Below are positions 9,867 through 21,510 of a stretch of DNA of 64,000 nucleotides, piece by piece. Under the pieces are notes generated by a model. That model was given only the letters and a program-made list of their open reading frames with translations, was not told the DNA's origin and ran no database searches. How positions within the stretch are numbered: position 1 is the first letter of the stretch; each line of letters starts with the position of its first letter. The position numbers were made by a program, and so were the translations under genes. The DNA comes from an uncultured Phycisphaerales bacterium (lineage in GTDB: Bacteria > Planctomycetota > Phycisphaerae > Sedimentisphaerales > Anaerobacaceae): positions 960,001 through 1,024,000 of the forward strand of contig CAVYYI010000001.1 of the NCBI GenBank assembly GCA_963772725.1. Reading direction: 5' to 3'.

Positions 9867-11887
9867 AATTTTGGTTTTCTTTTCTTCGCTCTGGTTTTGT
9901 TTTTGAGTTCGACGTTTAGCCGGGGCAGGTCTTTTAGCTCGCGCAGTTTATCTCTTAAAAAAGCGGCACGCTCGAAATCGAGTGCCTCTGCGGCGGCGAA
10001 CATATCTTTTTCAATTTCGGCGACAGCCTCAACCTTGTCGTATTCGCTGTCGTCGAACTGGACGGCCTTACGCGCAATCTGTCTTGCCTTTATCTGCTCA
10101 GAGAGCCCTTTGCGAATCTCCTTTCTTATAGTTTCGGGGGTAATATTATGTTCTTCATTATATTGGATTTGAATTTTACGCCGTCTGTCAGTTTCGTCAA
10201 TAGCTTTTTTCATAGAATCGGTAATTTTATCCGCGTAAAGGAATACGGTAGCGTTGATATTTCTGGCGGTTCTGCCAATGGTCTGGATGAGCGATGTTTC
10301 GCTTCGCAGGAAGCCTTCCTTGTCGGCGTCGAGGATTGCGACGGCGGAAACCTCCGGCAAATCGAGCCCTTCGCGGAGCAGATTTATACCGACGAGGACA
10401 TCGAATTCACCGTTGCGCAGGTCACGAAGGATTTCGATTCGTTCGAGTGTTTCGATTTCGCTGTGGAGGTAACGGCATTTGAAGCCTTTTTGGGCGATAT
10501 ACGCGGAAAGGTTTTCGGCAAGCCTCTTGGTCAGGGTTGTAACGAGGACGCGTTCCTTTGCCTTGACGCGTCTTTCGATTTCGCCGAGGAGATGCTGCAC
10601 CTGGTCATGGGCGGGCTGAACGATGATTGTCGGGTCAATAAGGCCGGTGGGCCTGATGATTTGCTCGACGACCTCGTTATTGCATTTTTCGAGTTCGAAC
10701 GGGGCCGGCGTGGCGGAAACGAAAATGACGTTCTTCCAGTTCTCCTGAAATTCCTCGAAACGCAGAGGCCTGTTATCTAGGGCGCTTGGCAGTCTGAAAC
10801 CGTGTTCGACAAGAACCTGCTTTCTGCTCCTGTCGCCGGCCCACATTGCGCGTATCTGAGGGATGGTAACGTGGGACTCGTCGATGAACAGAAGGAAATC
10901 GTCGGGGAAATAGTCAATCAGGGTGTAGGGTCTTGAGCCGGGTTTTAAACCCGCGAGGTGGCGGGCGTAATTTTCGATGCCGCTGCAATAGCCAACCTCC
11001 TGGAGCATTTCGATGTCATACATAGTTCTGGCCTGGAGGCGCTGGGCCTCGAGGAGTTTGCCTTCCTGGCGAAATTCCTGCAATCGCTGGGCAAGTTCCG
11101 CTTTTATACTGTCAACGGCGGAGGAGATTCTGTCGGCGGGCATAATATAGTGCTGTGCCGGATAAATGAAAACCTGCGATTCTACCGCGAGGGTCTCGCC
11201 GGAAGTCGGATTGATGTAGCTGATTTTCTCGATTTCATCGCCAAAAAACTCAAAACGTACTGCGAAAGATTCGTAAGAGGGATAAAGTTCAACAACATCT
11301 CCGCGAACCCGGAATTTGCCGCGGGCGAAATCGTAATCGTTCCTTGTATATTGCAGGTCGGCGAATCTGCCGAGCAATTCATTCCTGTCAAGCCAGTCGC
11401 CATTTTTGACGGCGATGACGCTTGCCTTGTAGTCCTCCGGTGAGCCGAGACCGAATATGCAGGAGACCGAGGCGACGATTATTACATCTTTCCTTGTCGA
11501 TAGGCTGGTTGTCGTGGAAAGCCGGAGGCGATCGAGGTCGGCGTTTTTGGAGGCGTCTTTTTCGATGTATATGTCTCTGGCGGGGATGTAGGCTTCGGGT
11601 TGGTAATAATCGTAATAACTCACGAAATATTCGACGGCGTTTTGGGGGAACAACTCCTTGAACTCCTCATAAAGCTGAGCGGCAAGAGTTTTGTTGTGCG
11701 ATATTACCAGGGTCGGACGATTTATTTGCGCGATTACGTTAGCCATTGTAAAAGTTTTTCCGCTGCCGGTAACACCCATCAACGTCTGAAACTGTTTACA
11801 GGCGTGTAGCCCTTCGGTAAGCCGCTCTATGGCTTGCGGCTGGTCGCCCGCGGGCTGAAACTCGCTTTTTATATTAAATTCTGTCAT
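9863..11887 (-). CDS. uvrB: Excinuclease ABC subunit B
   Basis: [26 protein letters not shown]-terminal UVR domain. Confidence 0.97.
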   Translation of the reverse strand: MTEFNIKSEFQPAGDQPQAIERLTEGLHACKQFQTLMGVTGSGKTFTMANVIAQINRPTLVISHNKTLAAQLYEEFKELFPQNAVEYFVSYYDYYQPEAYIPARDIYIEKDASKNADLDRLRLSTTTSLSTRKDVIIVASVSCIFGLGSPEDYKASVIAVKNGDWLDRNELLGRFADLQYTRNDYDFARGKFRVRGDVVELYPSYESFAVRFEFFGDEIEKISYINPTSGETLAVESQVFIYPAQHYIMPADRISSAVDSIKAELAQRLQEFRQEGKLLEAQRLQARTMYDIEMLQEVGYCSGIENYARHLAGLKPGSRPYTLIDYFPDDFLLFIDESHVTIPQIRAMWAGDRSRKQVLVEHGFRLPSALDNRPLRFEEFQENWKNVIFVSATPAPFELEKCNNEVVEQIIRPTGLIDPTIIVQPAHDQVQHLLGEIERRVKAKERVLVTTLTKRLAENLSAYIAQKGFKCRYLHSEIETLERIEILRDLRNGEFDVLVGINLLREGLDLPEVSAVAILDADKEGFLRSETSLIQTIGRTARNINATVFLYADKITDSMKKAIDETDRRRKIQIQYNEEHNITPETIRKEIRKGLSEQIKARQIARKAVQFDDSEYDKVEAVAEIEKDMFAAAEALDFERAAFLRDKLRELKDLPRLNVELKNKTRAKKRKPKL

Positions 11888-12033
11888 AGTTTTATTCTAT
11901 GGTTAAAACACCCCAGAAGCAATAGGGGAAAGATTTTGTGTAACAATTATACTTGTTAACCATAAAATCTGTGGCTAAAATTCGTCGCTCGTCGTTCGAC
12001 AAGGTTTAGCGTATTGCGTATAGCGTACAGGGT

Positions 12034-12769
12034 TTATTTAACACTGTCGGCGGTCAAATCTTTTATTCTGATGTTGCGCCATTTGACGAACATCGGCTCT
12101 TTGACGCTGGTGCCGTGGCACCTGTAAAGCTATAAAACCCATATGCGTCATCGAATCTTTCATATCGGCGGCGGGAGTACCATTTAGCCAGGTCTTTATC
12201 GAATCCCCGTTTGCCTCGATGCGGAAATGGTTCCATTTGTCGGGCATAAACGCTTTTCTGGCGGCCTCGTTATGCGAAAGGTCGTTAAGCCAGCCTCGAC
12301 GTGCCTCATCGTAAATGCCGCCTGTCCAGCTTCGAGGCTGGTCAGCGGACGCAGGCTCGCCATTGGCAAGGAAATTTTTAACTCCTTTGGCAGCAGGTGT
12401 TTGCTTAGCGTCTATTTCAACCTGGTAGCCGTGAACCTGACCATTCTTATACTCCTTTAAACTGCTGCTGCGGATTTGAACTCCGGAATTTAGATTAGCA
12501 TCAACCTTAAAATCCAGCTCGAGAATAAAATCCCTGTATTCTTTTTTTGTGCATAAAAAGCTGTTTGGCGTATTGGGGACGCTTTGGCCGACAATTTCAT
12601 CACCTTTTACAAAGTATTTCGCCTGGCCTCCCCTTTGAATCCAGCCATCAAGATTTTTACCATTAAAAAGCGGCTGCCAGCCTGTATCGGCGGCTTTTTT
12701 CATATCTGCGGCACAACCCAAAATAACAAAATTAACACACACAACAGCGGTAAAGATAATCTTTTTCAT
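12034..12769 (-). CDS. DUF1080 (3-keto-disaccharide hydrolase) lipoprotein, frameshift near 12120
   Basis: [27 protein letters not shown]; the alternative frame supplies KWRNIRIK. Confidence 0.85.
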
Positions 12770-12791
12770 TTTTTTATCCTTTCCTTACAGT

Positions 12792-12821
12792 AAGAACCAC
12801 GGGTTAAAACCCGTGGTTCTT
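12792..12821. repeat. Perfect palindrome (REP-like or terminator)
   Basis: aagaaccacgggtt-aa-aacccgtggttctt. Confidence 0.7.
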
Positions 12822-13375
12822 TACTTTTCAACTCAAATTTAAGAACATCTTCCCACATTTTATACTTTTCGCTGTAAATTCCACATAACTTTTTGTCAGG
12901 ACTTACAGTTTTTATTGGTTTTAGGCCAAGAAAAGCACTGGTTGGGCTATAAATATCCTCACCGATGCCGGCACCTCTGCGGCACCCTGTGAGCCGTCCG
13001 TATCATACAATTCCACGTTTGCCGCGGTTGTGGCGGAAAAGGCGTTTGAGAACAGCGGGCTTAAAAACATATTACTGCTTTTCCAGTCGCTATTTCCAGC
13101 AAAGTTGCTTTAATTGACGAACTTCCAACGTCATAACCCATTAAAAACGCCATTTATTCATCCCTTCCTTAGCATCCCGCTTACGCATACAAAGGCATTT
13201 TATTGGTTATAAATAAGCCGCATAAATTTTACAAGTTTATTCTTGACGCGTAAATCGAAATCAGTTTTATTTATACCAATGGAAAATCGTTAATCGGCGG
13301 GCTGTCCGCCTGCGATTGTAATTAAGGGAATGGTCGAATAATTTTCGGCCTAATTTTCTTGGAAAGGATTCAACA

Positions 13376-14140
13376 ATGTCAACAGCAAAAATTTCATTAC
13401 TTATTCTTATTTGTGGTTCTGTTTTGCTACTGAACGGCTGCAATGACCTCAAGGTTCAGAACGATTTGCAGGCAAAGAAAATCAGTGAGCTTAACAGCGA
13501 ACTTCAAACAAACAAAATCCAGCTTGACGCGTTAAAAAGACAGCTTGAAGACGCACGGGCTCACGGTGGTATCGAGGCAGAAACGCTTCAGCAGAAAATT
13601 GCCGCTCTGGAAAAAGATTTAGCCGACAAGAAAGCTCTGATAGATTTGATGCAGCAGCGTTTAATCAGCGGCGGCGTTGCCCTGCCTGTTGAGCTGAATA
13701 CGATGCTCGAAGATTTTGCCAAGGGCAGCGATATGATTTCGTATGACCCAAACCGCGGAGTAGTTAAATTCAAAAGCGACCTGCTTTTTGAAAAAGGCAG
13801 TGATACCGTAGCTCCTTCCGCGATGGACTCGATTAAAGCATTATGCAATATAATGAATTCAGAAGAGGGCAAAAAATTTGATATCATAATCGCCGGCCAC
13901 ACTGACGATTTGCGCATCAGCCGGCCAGACACCAGAGAAAAACATCCGACAAACTGGCATCTTTCGGCGCACAGGGCCATATCAGTACTGACTGTAATGA
14001 CCACTGACGGCATTGACTCGGAGCGTATAAGCGTAAGAGGTTTTGGTGAATATCGTCCGCTCGAACCAAACAAAGCCAACAAACAGGGCAATCCTCAAAA
14101 CAGACGCGTGGAAATCTACATTGTGCCTAAGGGTGTATAA
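13376..14140 (+). CDS. OmpA/MotB-family lipoprotein with coiled coil
   Basis: LNGC lipobox; GHTD, NWHLSAHRA, NRRVEI. Confidence 0.9.
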   Translation: MSTAKISLLILICGSVLLLNGCNDLKVQNDLQAKKISELNSELQTNKIQLDALKRQLEDARAHGGIEAETLQQKIAALEKDLADKKALIDLMQQRLISGGVALPVELNTMLEDFAKGSDMISYDPNRGVVKFKSDLLFEKGSDTVAPSAMDSIKALCNIMNSEEGKKFDIIIAGHTDDLRISRPDTREKHPTNWHLSAHRAISVLTVMTTDGIDSERISVRGFGEYRPLEPNKANKQGNPQNRRVEIYIVPKGV

Positions 14141-14172
14141 TTTATTCGGCTTCGGAAAGAGCAAACACGCAG

Positions 14173-14634
14173 ATGAAAGAACGTACTTTAATAATCATTA
14201 AACCGGATGCTGTTCAGCGACATCTGGCAGGTGAGATTATTTCTCGGTTTGAAGGAAAAGGTCTAAAACTCGCAGCGGCCAAATTTATGCAGATTCCGGA
14301 ATCGCTGGCGAGAAAACATTATGCCGTTCATCAGGGTAAACCCTTTTTCGAGGGCGTTGTAAAATATCTGTCATCAGCGCCTGTGCTTGTAATGGTATGG
14401 GAAGCGGACGGTGTGATAGATATGTCGCGAAAAATGATGGGTGCGACTTTCGGCTGCAACGCTGAACCAGGAACAATTCGCGGCGACTTCGGCTGTTCGA
14501 GAGGATATAATCTTATACACGGCTCAGACAGTCAGGCCTCCGCAGAACAGGAAATTAAGTTATACTTCAAACCAGATGAAATTCTTGATTATTCGTTGTC
14601 CGACGAGAAGTGGCTTTACGGCCAAAATGAGTAA
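14173..14634 (+). CDS. ndk: Nucleoside-diphosphate kinase
   Basis: ERTLIIIKPDAV, PGTIRGDF, NLIHGSDS. Confidence 0.96.
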   Translation: MKERTLIIIKPDAVQRHLAGEIISRFEGKGLKLAAAKFMQIPESLARKHYAVHQGKPFFEGVVKYLSSAPVLVMVWEADGVIDMSRKMMGATFGCNAEPGTIRGDFGCSRGYNLIHGSDSQASAEQEIKLYFKPDEILDYSLSDEKWLYGQNE

Positions 14635-14670
14635 TATCCAATAATAATCGCGGCTTGATTACAAGATTTG

Positions 14671-16239
14671 CTAAGAGACAACTGCGATGTCTGTTGCCTT
14701 TACGGTTTTTAACGGCAAAACAATTTTGAAGACCGTTCCTTTATTGATTTCGCTTTGGACTTCGATTCTTCCGCCCAACATTGTTACGATTTCTTTAACA
14801 ACGGCAAGTCCAAGGCCGGTACCCTGTATTTGTTTGCCGGTTCGACGCACGCGATAAAATTTATCGAATATCTTCGGTAAATCCTCTTTGGGTATGCCCA
14901 TTCCGGTATCGGCAACACGTAAAATCAAATCTTCATCCGTATGTTTAACCTCAATTCGCACGTTACCGCCATCCGGTGTAAATTTAATAGCATTATTAGC
15001 TATGTTTGTAACAATAGACTGTATCGCACTCTCATCAGTTAGAACAGCGGGAATACCTGTCTCAATATCAGAGATAAGACTGATATTCTTTTTATCAGCC
15101 AGGGGTTTCAGTGCCAATGCAATCGCAGCTGCAACATCAGGTACATTAACAGGTTTCGATTCCAGCTTAACCGTGCCTGACTCAATACGTGATATTTCGA
15201 GGATGCTCTCAACAAGACCTGCTAAACGATTCGATTCCTCATCTACGGTCATTAAAAACTGATGTTTGGTTTCTTCCGGCATTTCGGGGGTACACAGAAT
15301 TGTTTCGGTATATGCCTTTATGGAAGTCAGTGGTGTCCGCAGTTCGTGAGACATCATTGAAATGAAATCCGCTTTCATCTGCTCAACTTCACGCTCTTTC
15401 GAAATGTCACGGAACACCATTACGACACCTATTACTCCCCCTTCACCGCGGCGAATCGGTGTTGCCATAGCGTAAACCGGCAAGTTCCTGCCGTTCCTGC
15501 CAGCGAGTGTTTTATGACTGCTTAAAGTTTCAGCCTGCCCTGATTTTAATACTTTTTCAATCGGGCTTTGTACCATTTCCATTGTTTTCTCGTCTAACAG
15601 TCTGAAAATTCCATCAACTATCATACCAGGTATTTCCTGAAATCTCCATCCTGTCAATTCCTCAGCGACCTTATTAAAAAGCGTAATCCGCTTTTGATTG
15701 TCCACCGCGATAACACCGTCTCCCATACTCGAAAGAGTTACTGCCAACAATTCTTTTTCCTCGGCAAGCTGCTCGGTACGCTCTTTTACCAATATTTCAA
15801 GGTTGCTGTGGTATCTCCTGAGCTCATCTTCCATTCTTTTACGGCTGAGAGACTTTTTTATGGTTTCCGGCAGAATCTTGAGATAATTGCGGTCCGGGTC
15901 TTTTATCAGATAATCCTTGGCCCCGGCCTTCATAGCCTCAACCGCTAATTCCTCCGTACCTGCGCCAGTAGCAAAGATAATCGGGGTATTCCTGACCGAA
16001 TCCAAAACGTCAAAGGCAGTTCCATCGCCGAGGAAATAATCGATAATAACAACATCGAACATCTCATTATTCAGCACAGCCTTTGCTTTGGCGACAGAGG
16101 CTGCCATTGTACACTCGTATGCGAGATTCTGTTCTCTGACCATACGCGTAAAAGCCATCTGGTCAAGCGTATCATCTTCAATCAGCAGAATCCTGACTAT
16201 CGGGTTGTCCGGTTTATTGTCCATTAGGTGGTATTTCAC
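14671..16239 (-). CDS. Hybrid sensor kinase REC-PAS-HisKA-HATPase
   Basis: N-terminal REC; SHELRTPL; NAIKFT; DTGMG; GTGLGL. Confidence 0.92.
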   Translation of the reverse strand: MKYHLMDNKPDNPIVRILLIEDDTLDQMAFTRMVREQNLAYECTMAASVAKAKAVLNNEMFDVVIIDYFLGDGTAFDVLDSVRNTPIIFATGAGTEELAVEAMKAGAKDYLIKDPDRNYLKILPETIKKSLSRKRMEDELRRYHSNLEILVKERTEQLAEEKELLAVTLSSMGDGVIAVDNQKRITLFNKVAEELTGWRFQEIPGMIVDGIFRLLDEKTMEMVQSPIEKVLKSGQAETLSSHKTLAGRNGRNLPVYAMATPIRRGEGGVIGVVMVFRDISKEREVEQMKADFISMMSHELRTPLTSIKAYTETILCTPEMPEETKHQFLMTVDEESNRLAGLVESILEISRIESGTVKLESKPVNVPDVAAAIALALKPLADKKNISLISDIETGIPAVLTDESAIQSIVTNIANNAIKFTPDGGNVRIEVKHTDEDLILRVADTGMGIPKEDLPKIFDKFYRVRRTGKQIQGTGLGLAVVKEIVTMLGGRIEVQSEINKGTVFKIVLPLKTVKATDIAVVS

Positions 16240-16639
16240 TCAATGTCCAGTATAAATTAATGACTCTCATCGACTCGAGAAAACTCTTATATTCAACAGG
16301 TTTAACCATATAACCAGCGATTCCAAGCTCAAAGCTTTTTACAATATCCTCATCTCCTTTTGAGGTTGTCAGAACCACAACTGGGATTTTCTTTAATGAT
16401 TCATCTTCTTTGAGAATTTTCAACAATTCGACACCGTTCATTCTCGGCATATTTAAATCGAGCAGGATAACACAGGGTCTTTTGTTGTTCTCGTTTTTCA
16501 GGTACTCGAGCGCCTCCTCGCCGTTGCCGGAAACAACAAGCTGATTGACAATCTTGAGGTCTTTCAGTACCCGCTGTGTGGTCATAACATCCACACTGTC
16601 ATCTTCAACAAGCAATATAGGTTTTGAGTTTCTCATCAT
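16214..16639 (-). CDS. Single-domain response regulator (Rcp1-like)
   Basis: LLVEDD, LLDLNMP, VVLTTS, KP, YW tail. Confidence 0.9.
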   Translation of the reverse strand: MMRNSKPILLVEDDSVDVMTTQRVLKDLKIVNQLVVSGNGEEALEYLKNENNKRPCVILLDLNMPRMNGVELLKILKEDESLKKIPVVVLTTSKGDEDIVKSFELGIAGYMVKPVEYKSFLESMRVINLYWTLSEIPPNGQ

Positions 16640-18482
16640 TTAAGTCCTCGCTTTTCTGCACCGGCAGCGTAAAAAAGAACGTCGTACCAATGCCAATTTC
16701 GGATTCAAGCCAAATCCTGCCTCCATATAGCTCAACTATTTTCTTTGCAACAGTAAGACCTACGCCTGTACTTTCAAATTCATCCCTCGGCGCCAGTGTC
16801 TGGAATATCTGAAAAATCTTTTCAAAATGTTTTTGTTCAATGCCGCATCCATTGTCTTTGACGCTGAACTTCCAGAAACCACTTTCTTCCACACAGCCTA
16901 TTTCTACCAGTCCCTGGGGTTTATTGATATATTTAATGGCGTTACTGATAAGGTTCTGGAAGACCTGTATAATACGCGTCTCCTCAAACTCCACAACCGG
17001 AAGCTCATTGCCAATCCTGACAGAAATATTCGCCGGCGGGCTGAGGGTGTCGATAACATCGGGGACAAGTTTATTAAGATTTATTTTAACAATCTTTTCC
17101 TTAATACGTCCTACACGCGAATACTGCAAAATTCCATCGATAAGATTATGCATCCTGTTGACCCTGCTAAGGAGCATATCAATCTGCTTTTTACCTTCCT
17201 CATCGAATTTGTCGCCGTAATCTTCGGATATCCATTTGGCCAGCGAACTAATTCCCCGAAGCGGCGCTTTCAAATCGTGAGATGTCACATAAGCAAATTC
17301 TTTTAAATCCTGGTTAGCTTTTTCTACCTGTTCGAGAAGTTCGGCCTGTTTTTGTTCGGCCTGTTTTCTTTTGAACACTTCAATTTTAAGTGAAATCAAA
17401 TCGGATATGGATGCAGCAAATTCCTGCTCCTGCGGGGTCCACTGCCTGGCCGGCCCGATGTGTTCGTGGCAAACAACGCCTACAATTTTACCATGAACTC
17501 TTATGAAAACGTCCATCATTGATGTAATACCGGCAGGCTTGAGGTATGTCTCAGTAAATTCGCCGGTATGTGAGTCGGTACAAGCGTCATCAGCAGCAAT
17601 TATACGACTTTCGCTGATGGAACGGAAATAAGCGGGGTAATCTTTGACCGCAAGAGTAAAACCTTTCTGGTGTTCATTTTGGCCGAGCATATAAAGGTCT
17701 TCGCAGATTATCGCCGAGTCGTCATCATTATAGAGCCAGATACTGACACGTTCGACGCCTAAAGCGGCGGCATCTTCCTCTATAATACTTTTGAAAGCAG
17801 CGGCCAAATCACTGCTTTCCATTTGGGCGATTTTCAAAAGGACATTTTGATAATGAATATGCTGCTGGGTCTGTTGCATCCGGACATTCTCTAATTTCCT
17901 TCGCTCTGTTATATCGCGAGCGATGCCGCTTGTGCCAACGACATTTCCATTATCATCGTAAATAGGAGTTTTTATGGTGTCTATCCATGTTCTTTGCCTG
18001 TCCTTCTTATCTTCCACCTGCTCTTCCATTTGCTTACTTGTACGGGCAGTCATAACATCTTCGTCGTCTTTTTGATATTTTTTGGCCAGGTCAGCGGGCC
18101 ATATATCAAAATCGGTTTTGCCTGCCAATTCGCAGGCCTTTAAACCGCAGGCATCCGTAAAAGGTTTGTTCGCAGTGATATACCTGTAATCAGCGTCTTT
18201 CAGCCATACCATATCGGGAATGGTATCAAGGATGGCCTTTTGCTGGTGCTGAATTTGTATAAGCAATGCCTTATTTTTAAGAATAAATGCCATGTAGAAA
18301 GCCGTAACAGCCGTTATTGATAAACCGCACAACAATATCATTGAATGCTGCCAGGCTTTGTCGGCATAAATAAATAATATCAAAGTAGCCGAGGTGCCTG
18401 TAAAAACAAAGGCTGCCACAGGAATCCATCTATATAGTAATGCCCTTGATATATTATTGTTGTTATATGTCTTGTCTTTCAT
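16605..18482 (-). CDS. Membrane sensor kinase PAS-GAF-HisKA-HATPase
   Basis: Two TM helices; SHDLKAPL; NAIKY; DNGCG; TGVGL. Confidence 0.92.
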   Translation of the reverse strand: MKDKTYNNNNISRALLYRWIPVAAFVFTGTSATLILFIYADKAWQHSMILLCGLSITAVTAFYMAFILKNKALLIQIQHQQKAILDTIPDMVWLKDADYRYITANKPFTDACGLKACELAGKTDFDIWPADLAKKYQKDDEDVMTARTSKQMEEQVEDKKDRQRTWIDTIKTPIYDDNGNVVGTSGIARDITERRKLENVRMQQTQQHIHYQNVLLKIAQMESSDLAAAFKSIIEEDAAALGVERVSIWLYNDDDSAIICEDLYMLGQNEHQKGFTLAVKDYPAYFRSISESRIIAADDACTDSHTGEFTETYLKPAGITSMMDVFIRVHGKIVGVVCHEHIGPARQWTPQEQEFAASISDLISLKIEVFKRKQAEQKQAELLEQVEKANQDLKEFAYVTSHDLKAPLRGISSLAKWISEDYGDKFDEEGKKQIDMLLSRVNRMHNLIDGILQYSRVGRIKEKIVKINLNKLVPDVIDTLSPPANISVRIGNELPVVEFEETRIIQVFQNLISNAIKYINKPQGLVEIGCVEESGFWKFSVKDNGCGIEQKHFEKIFQIFQTLAPRDEFESTGVGLTVAKKIVELYGGRIWLESEIGIGTTFFFTLPVQKSEDLNDEKLKTYIAC

Positions 18483-18521
18483 TTATCAAACACCTTAAGT
18501 ATCGCTAATTTCAAGTTACGT

Positions 18522-18947
18522 TTAACCCTCAACGCCGAGAACACATCTCTCAAGTTTGTTTCTGATTATGCAGCCAAGCCGTGCAGGGTCAAAGGGTTTT
18601 GTAATATAATCATCCGCACCGGCGTTAAATGCCCGCTCCACATCCTGGAGCATCCCCTTGGCCGTAAGCATAAAAACAGGGGTATACCGAGTTGTTTCAT
18701 CCTTTTTTAACAGGGATAACACATCGATGCCGTCCATATCTCCGAGCATCCAGTCCAGCAAAATTAAATCAGGATTTTTTTCACGAGCAGCGGCAAGACC
18801 TTCAGAGCCGTTAGCGGCCAAACACACCTCATAACCGTCAAGTTTCAAATTGTATTCCAGAACCATTCGGATATGCTCCTCGTCTTCGACTATCAAGACA
18901 ACAATTTTTCTTTCTGTTTCCATTATCTGATCTCCTAAAAATGCCAT
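18522..18947 (-). CDS. Single-domain response regulator
   Basis: VEDE, LLDWML, MLTAK, KPF. Confidence 0.9.
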   Translation of the reverse strand: MAFLGDQIMETERKIVVLIVEDEEHIRMVLEYNLKLDGYEVCLAANGSEGLAAAREKNPDLILLDWMLGDMDGIDVLSLLKKDETTRYTPVFMLTAKGMLQDVERAFNAGADDYITKPFDPARLGCIIRNKLERCVLGVEG

Positions 18948-18960
18948 CTATTAACTGACT

Positions 18961-20547
18961 TCAGATTTTTATCGGCGTTTCTTGAGTAATATTAGTCTGT
19001 TCAATAATTTCAATATCAATGTCCTCGGAATATTTTGGCAAAGTAAAGCAAAAGATGCCTTCCCTTCCTGGGCAGTTCTCAACCCAGATTCTGCCGCCTT
19101 GCGTCTGCACAAGCCATTTAGCTATATAAAGGCCTGTACCGCCCTGTTTGTCCGCATCAGGGGCATAATCCTCAATCTTAACAAAATGACTGAAGACCTT
19201 GCTGATTTCATCTTTGTCGAGACCGACATACGTATTGAGCGTGTCAATCTGTACTTCTTTGCCTATGTTTCTGATTCCGATGTCAATGGTAGTATAAGGC
19301 TGAGTGGCCTGAATAGCGTGGTTGATAAGGCTGATAAGAACCTGCACAATAAGACCGCGGTCGGCATACACATCCGTGTTTTCACCGGATTGCAGTGTCG
19401 TCGAAATCTTAACCTGTTTTTGCGACGCCATATCAGCAAGCAGGTACACAACTTCCGATATAACTTCTTCCAGGTTGACTTTAGCCTTTTGTATCTGGAT
19501 TTTACCGGTCTCTATTTTTGAAATATCAAAGAAATCATTGATAATTTTCGCCAGCCTGTCGATGTTTTCTTCGGCGATTTTTACGTTTTCCCAAAGTTTG
19601 CCGCTTATCGAAGATATTTCTCCATGTATGGAGTCACAAAATACATTTCTGAAAATACCGAGCTGTTCTCTAAGGTCATGAGCAATGCCGCCGATAAATC
19701 CGCTTCTTATCCTGTCCTGCTCAATCAGCTTTTCTCTTATTTTGTTTTTCCGGCCTTCTACCAGCTTCTCCTCGGTAATATCGCGGGCAAACACAACAAC
19801 ACCGGCACCCTCTTCTTCTTCAGGGTACGGCACTACATCCACGTGAAACCACCTCTTGCCTTTAACCGTATGCAATTCCTGCGACATGCCGAGTCTGGCC
19901 TTGCCTGAACATGTAACATCTTCATTCTCATTAAGCACATCCTCATGGTTCAGTCCGAAAAGCTCACAAACCGATTTGCCGATAATTTCTCTTATCGGCA
20001 TTCCCGCAACCTTCGCTGTGGTCATATTGGCGCGAACAATTCTGCCGTTCTTATCGCTGTACCATATCATCTCAGGAGAACAGTCCAGCATAAGCTGCTG
20101 CTGGTTCTTGGCCCTTTTAATCATTCTGTTGACATGTTTTTGCTCGGCTACCTGTGAATGCCGCTCTATCGTATTCTTAATAGCCTTTTCGCATATTTTA
20201 TAGTCTATATTATCTTTTGATATGCAGTCGTAGGCCCCCATTTTCATAAGTTCGACCGAGTTTTGCCCGCAATTGGTACCGGTCAAAACCAAAACGGGAA
20301 TATCGATATTCCGTTCGCTGAAATTTTTCAAAACCTCGCCTGCCATTATACCACTGCTAAGCTTATTATCCAGAATACATAAATCAATATCGCCAGCGGC
20401 GATTTTCTCAATCGCCCCGGTAATAGTTGACACATATTCAGTCTCAATTATATGCTCTTCAAAATTTCTGAAATATCGCTGTAATGTGATTACAATCTCA
20501 GCGTCGCTGTCAACTGCCAGCGCTTTCACGTATCTTTTTTCTGCCAT
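18961..20547 (-). CDS. Hybrid REC-PAS-HisKA protein with degenerate HATPase
   Basis: REC, PAS and AHDLR H-box present; N and G boxes altered. Confidence 0.8.
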   Translation of the reverse strand: MAEKRYVKALAVDSDAEIVITLQRYFRNFEEHIIETEYVSTITGAIEKIAAGDIDLCILDNKLSSGIMAGEVLKNFSERNIDIPVLVLTGTNCGQNSVELMKMGAYDCISKDNIDYKICEKAIKNTIERHSQVAEQKHVNRMIKRAKNQQQLMLDCSPEMIWYSDKNGRIVRANMTTAKVAGMPIREIIGKSVCELFGLNHEDVLNENEDVTCSGKARLGMSQELHTVKGKRWFHVDVVPYPEEEEGAGVVVFARDITEEKLVEGRKNKIREKLIEQDRIRSGFIGGIAHDLREQLGIFRNVFCDSIHGEISSISGKLWENVKIAEENIDRLAKIINDFFDISKIETGKIQIQKAKVNLEEVISEVVYLLADMASQKQVKISTTLQSGENTDVYADRGLIVQVLISLINHAIQATQPYTTIDIGIRNIGKEVQIDTLNTYVGLDKDEISKVFSHFVKIEDYAPDADKQGGTGLYIAKWLVQTQGGRIWVENCPGREGIFCFTLPKYSEDIDIEIIEQTNITQETPIKI

Positions 20548-20781
20548 TTACTGCCCCCTTATTAAAATTTTAGTGTTGCAAAACTATGGCTACCTTAAAA
20601 GTCTTTCGGCAGTATCAACGTAGCACATTACAATTTTGTCCTCATTTTCAACTACAAACTAAGCTATATTTATATCCCGTAATATTAAAAAAATGCGAAT
20701 GCTATTATCGGACATAAAGTTCAGCGACTCGCATACGAAGCCCGATAATTGCAGAATTAAAAAGAGGTCAGGTAGTTTATT

Positions 20782-21501
20782 TCAGGTGATACGCGGCGTT
20801 TCCAGGCCATGCTCTGTCATTAGTTTTGTATCGCTCATTATCTCGCGCGTATTGCCATCCGCAATGACCCTGCCTTTATCAATCAGAACCGCCCTATCGG
20901 CAATGGCAAAGGCAAAATTCATATTGCAGGTAGCAATTACCAAAGTCTGAGACAGACCGGAAAGAAGTTTTATAATGTTGCTACGATTTCGCGGGTCGAG
21001 ACTGCCATCCGGCTCATCGAATGTGATAATCTGCGGCGACATCGCAAGGACGGTGGCTATCGCTGCGGCCCGTTTCTGACCGGCGGACAAATGATGCGGG
21101 GCTTTATCCGCCATACTATCCAAACCCACGATTTCCAGAGTCTCTGTCACACGGTTTTTTACTTCATCGGGTTCAAGGCCAAGATTAAGAGGGCCAAACG
21201 CGACGTCGTCAAACAAAGTGGGCATAAACAACTGGTCGTCTGGATTTTCAAAACAGCAGCCAATCATTGCCCTGATTTTTCTCATATTGGCACTATTTAC
21301 GACCAAACCGTTAATAAGAACTTTTCCCTGGCCGGTTATAAAGCCGCCGATGGCAAGAAGCAGCGTTGATTTGCCCGCGCCATTCGGTCCTATCAGGGCA
21401 ACTCTTTGACCATGCTCAATATTGAGGTTTATATCTGTCAAAGCGGTCGTTCCATCGCTGTAATGATATGAAAACATGTCTATTTCTATCGATTCTGGCA
21501 T
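20782..21501 (-). CDS. cbiO: Co/Ni ECF transporter ATPase
   Basis: GPNGAGKS, NPDDQLF, LSAGQK, DEP. Confidence 0.88.
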   Translation of the reverse strand: MPESIEIDMFSYHYSDGTTALTDINLNIEHGQRVALIGPNGAGKSTLLLAIGGFITGQGKVLINGLVVNSANMRKIRAMIGCCFENPDDQLFMPTLFDDVAFGPLNLGLEPDEVKNRVTETLEIVGLDSMADKAPHHLSAGQKRAAAIATVLAMSPQIITFDEPDGSLDPRNRSNIIKLLSGLSQTLVIATCNMNFAFAIADRAVLIDKGRVIADGNTREIMSDTKLMTEHGLETPRIT

Positions 21502-21510
21502 TAAATTCCT

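Noticed and set aside
12922..13070. Short minus-strand ORF (~49 aa) between DUF1080 and the OmpA-like gene
   Set aside because: No recognisable motif or convincing RBS.
20602..20630. sigma28-like promoters (also near 36844-36870 and 51827-51855)
   Set aside because: Only partial matches to TAAA-N15-GCCGATAA; not distinguishable from chance by eye.
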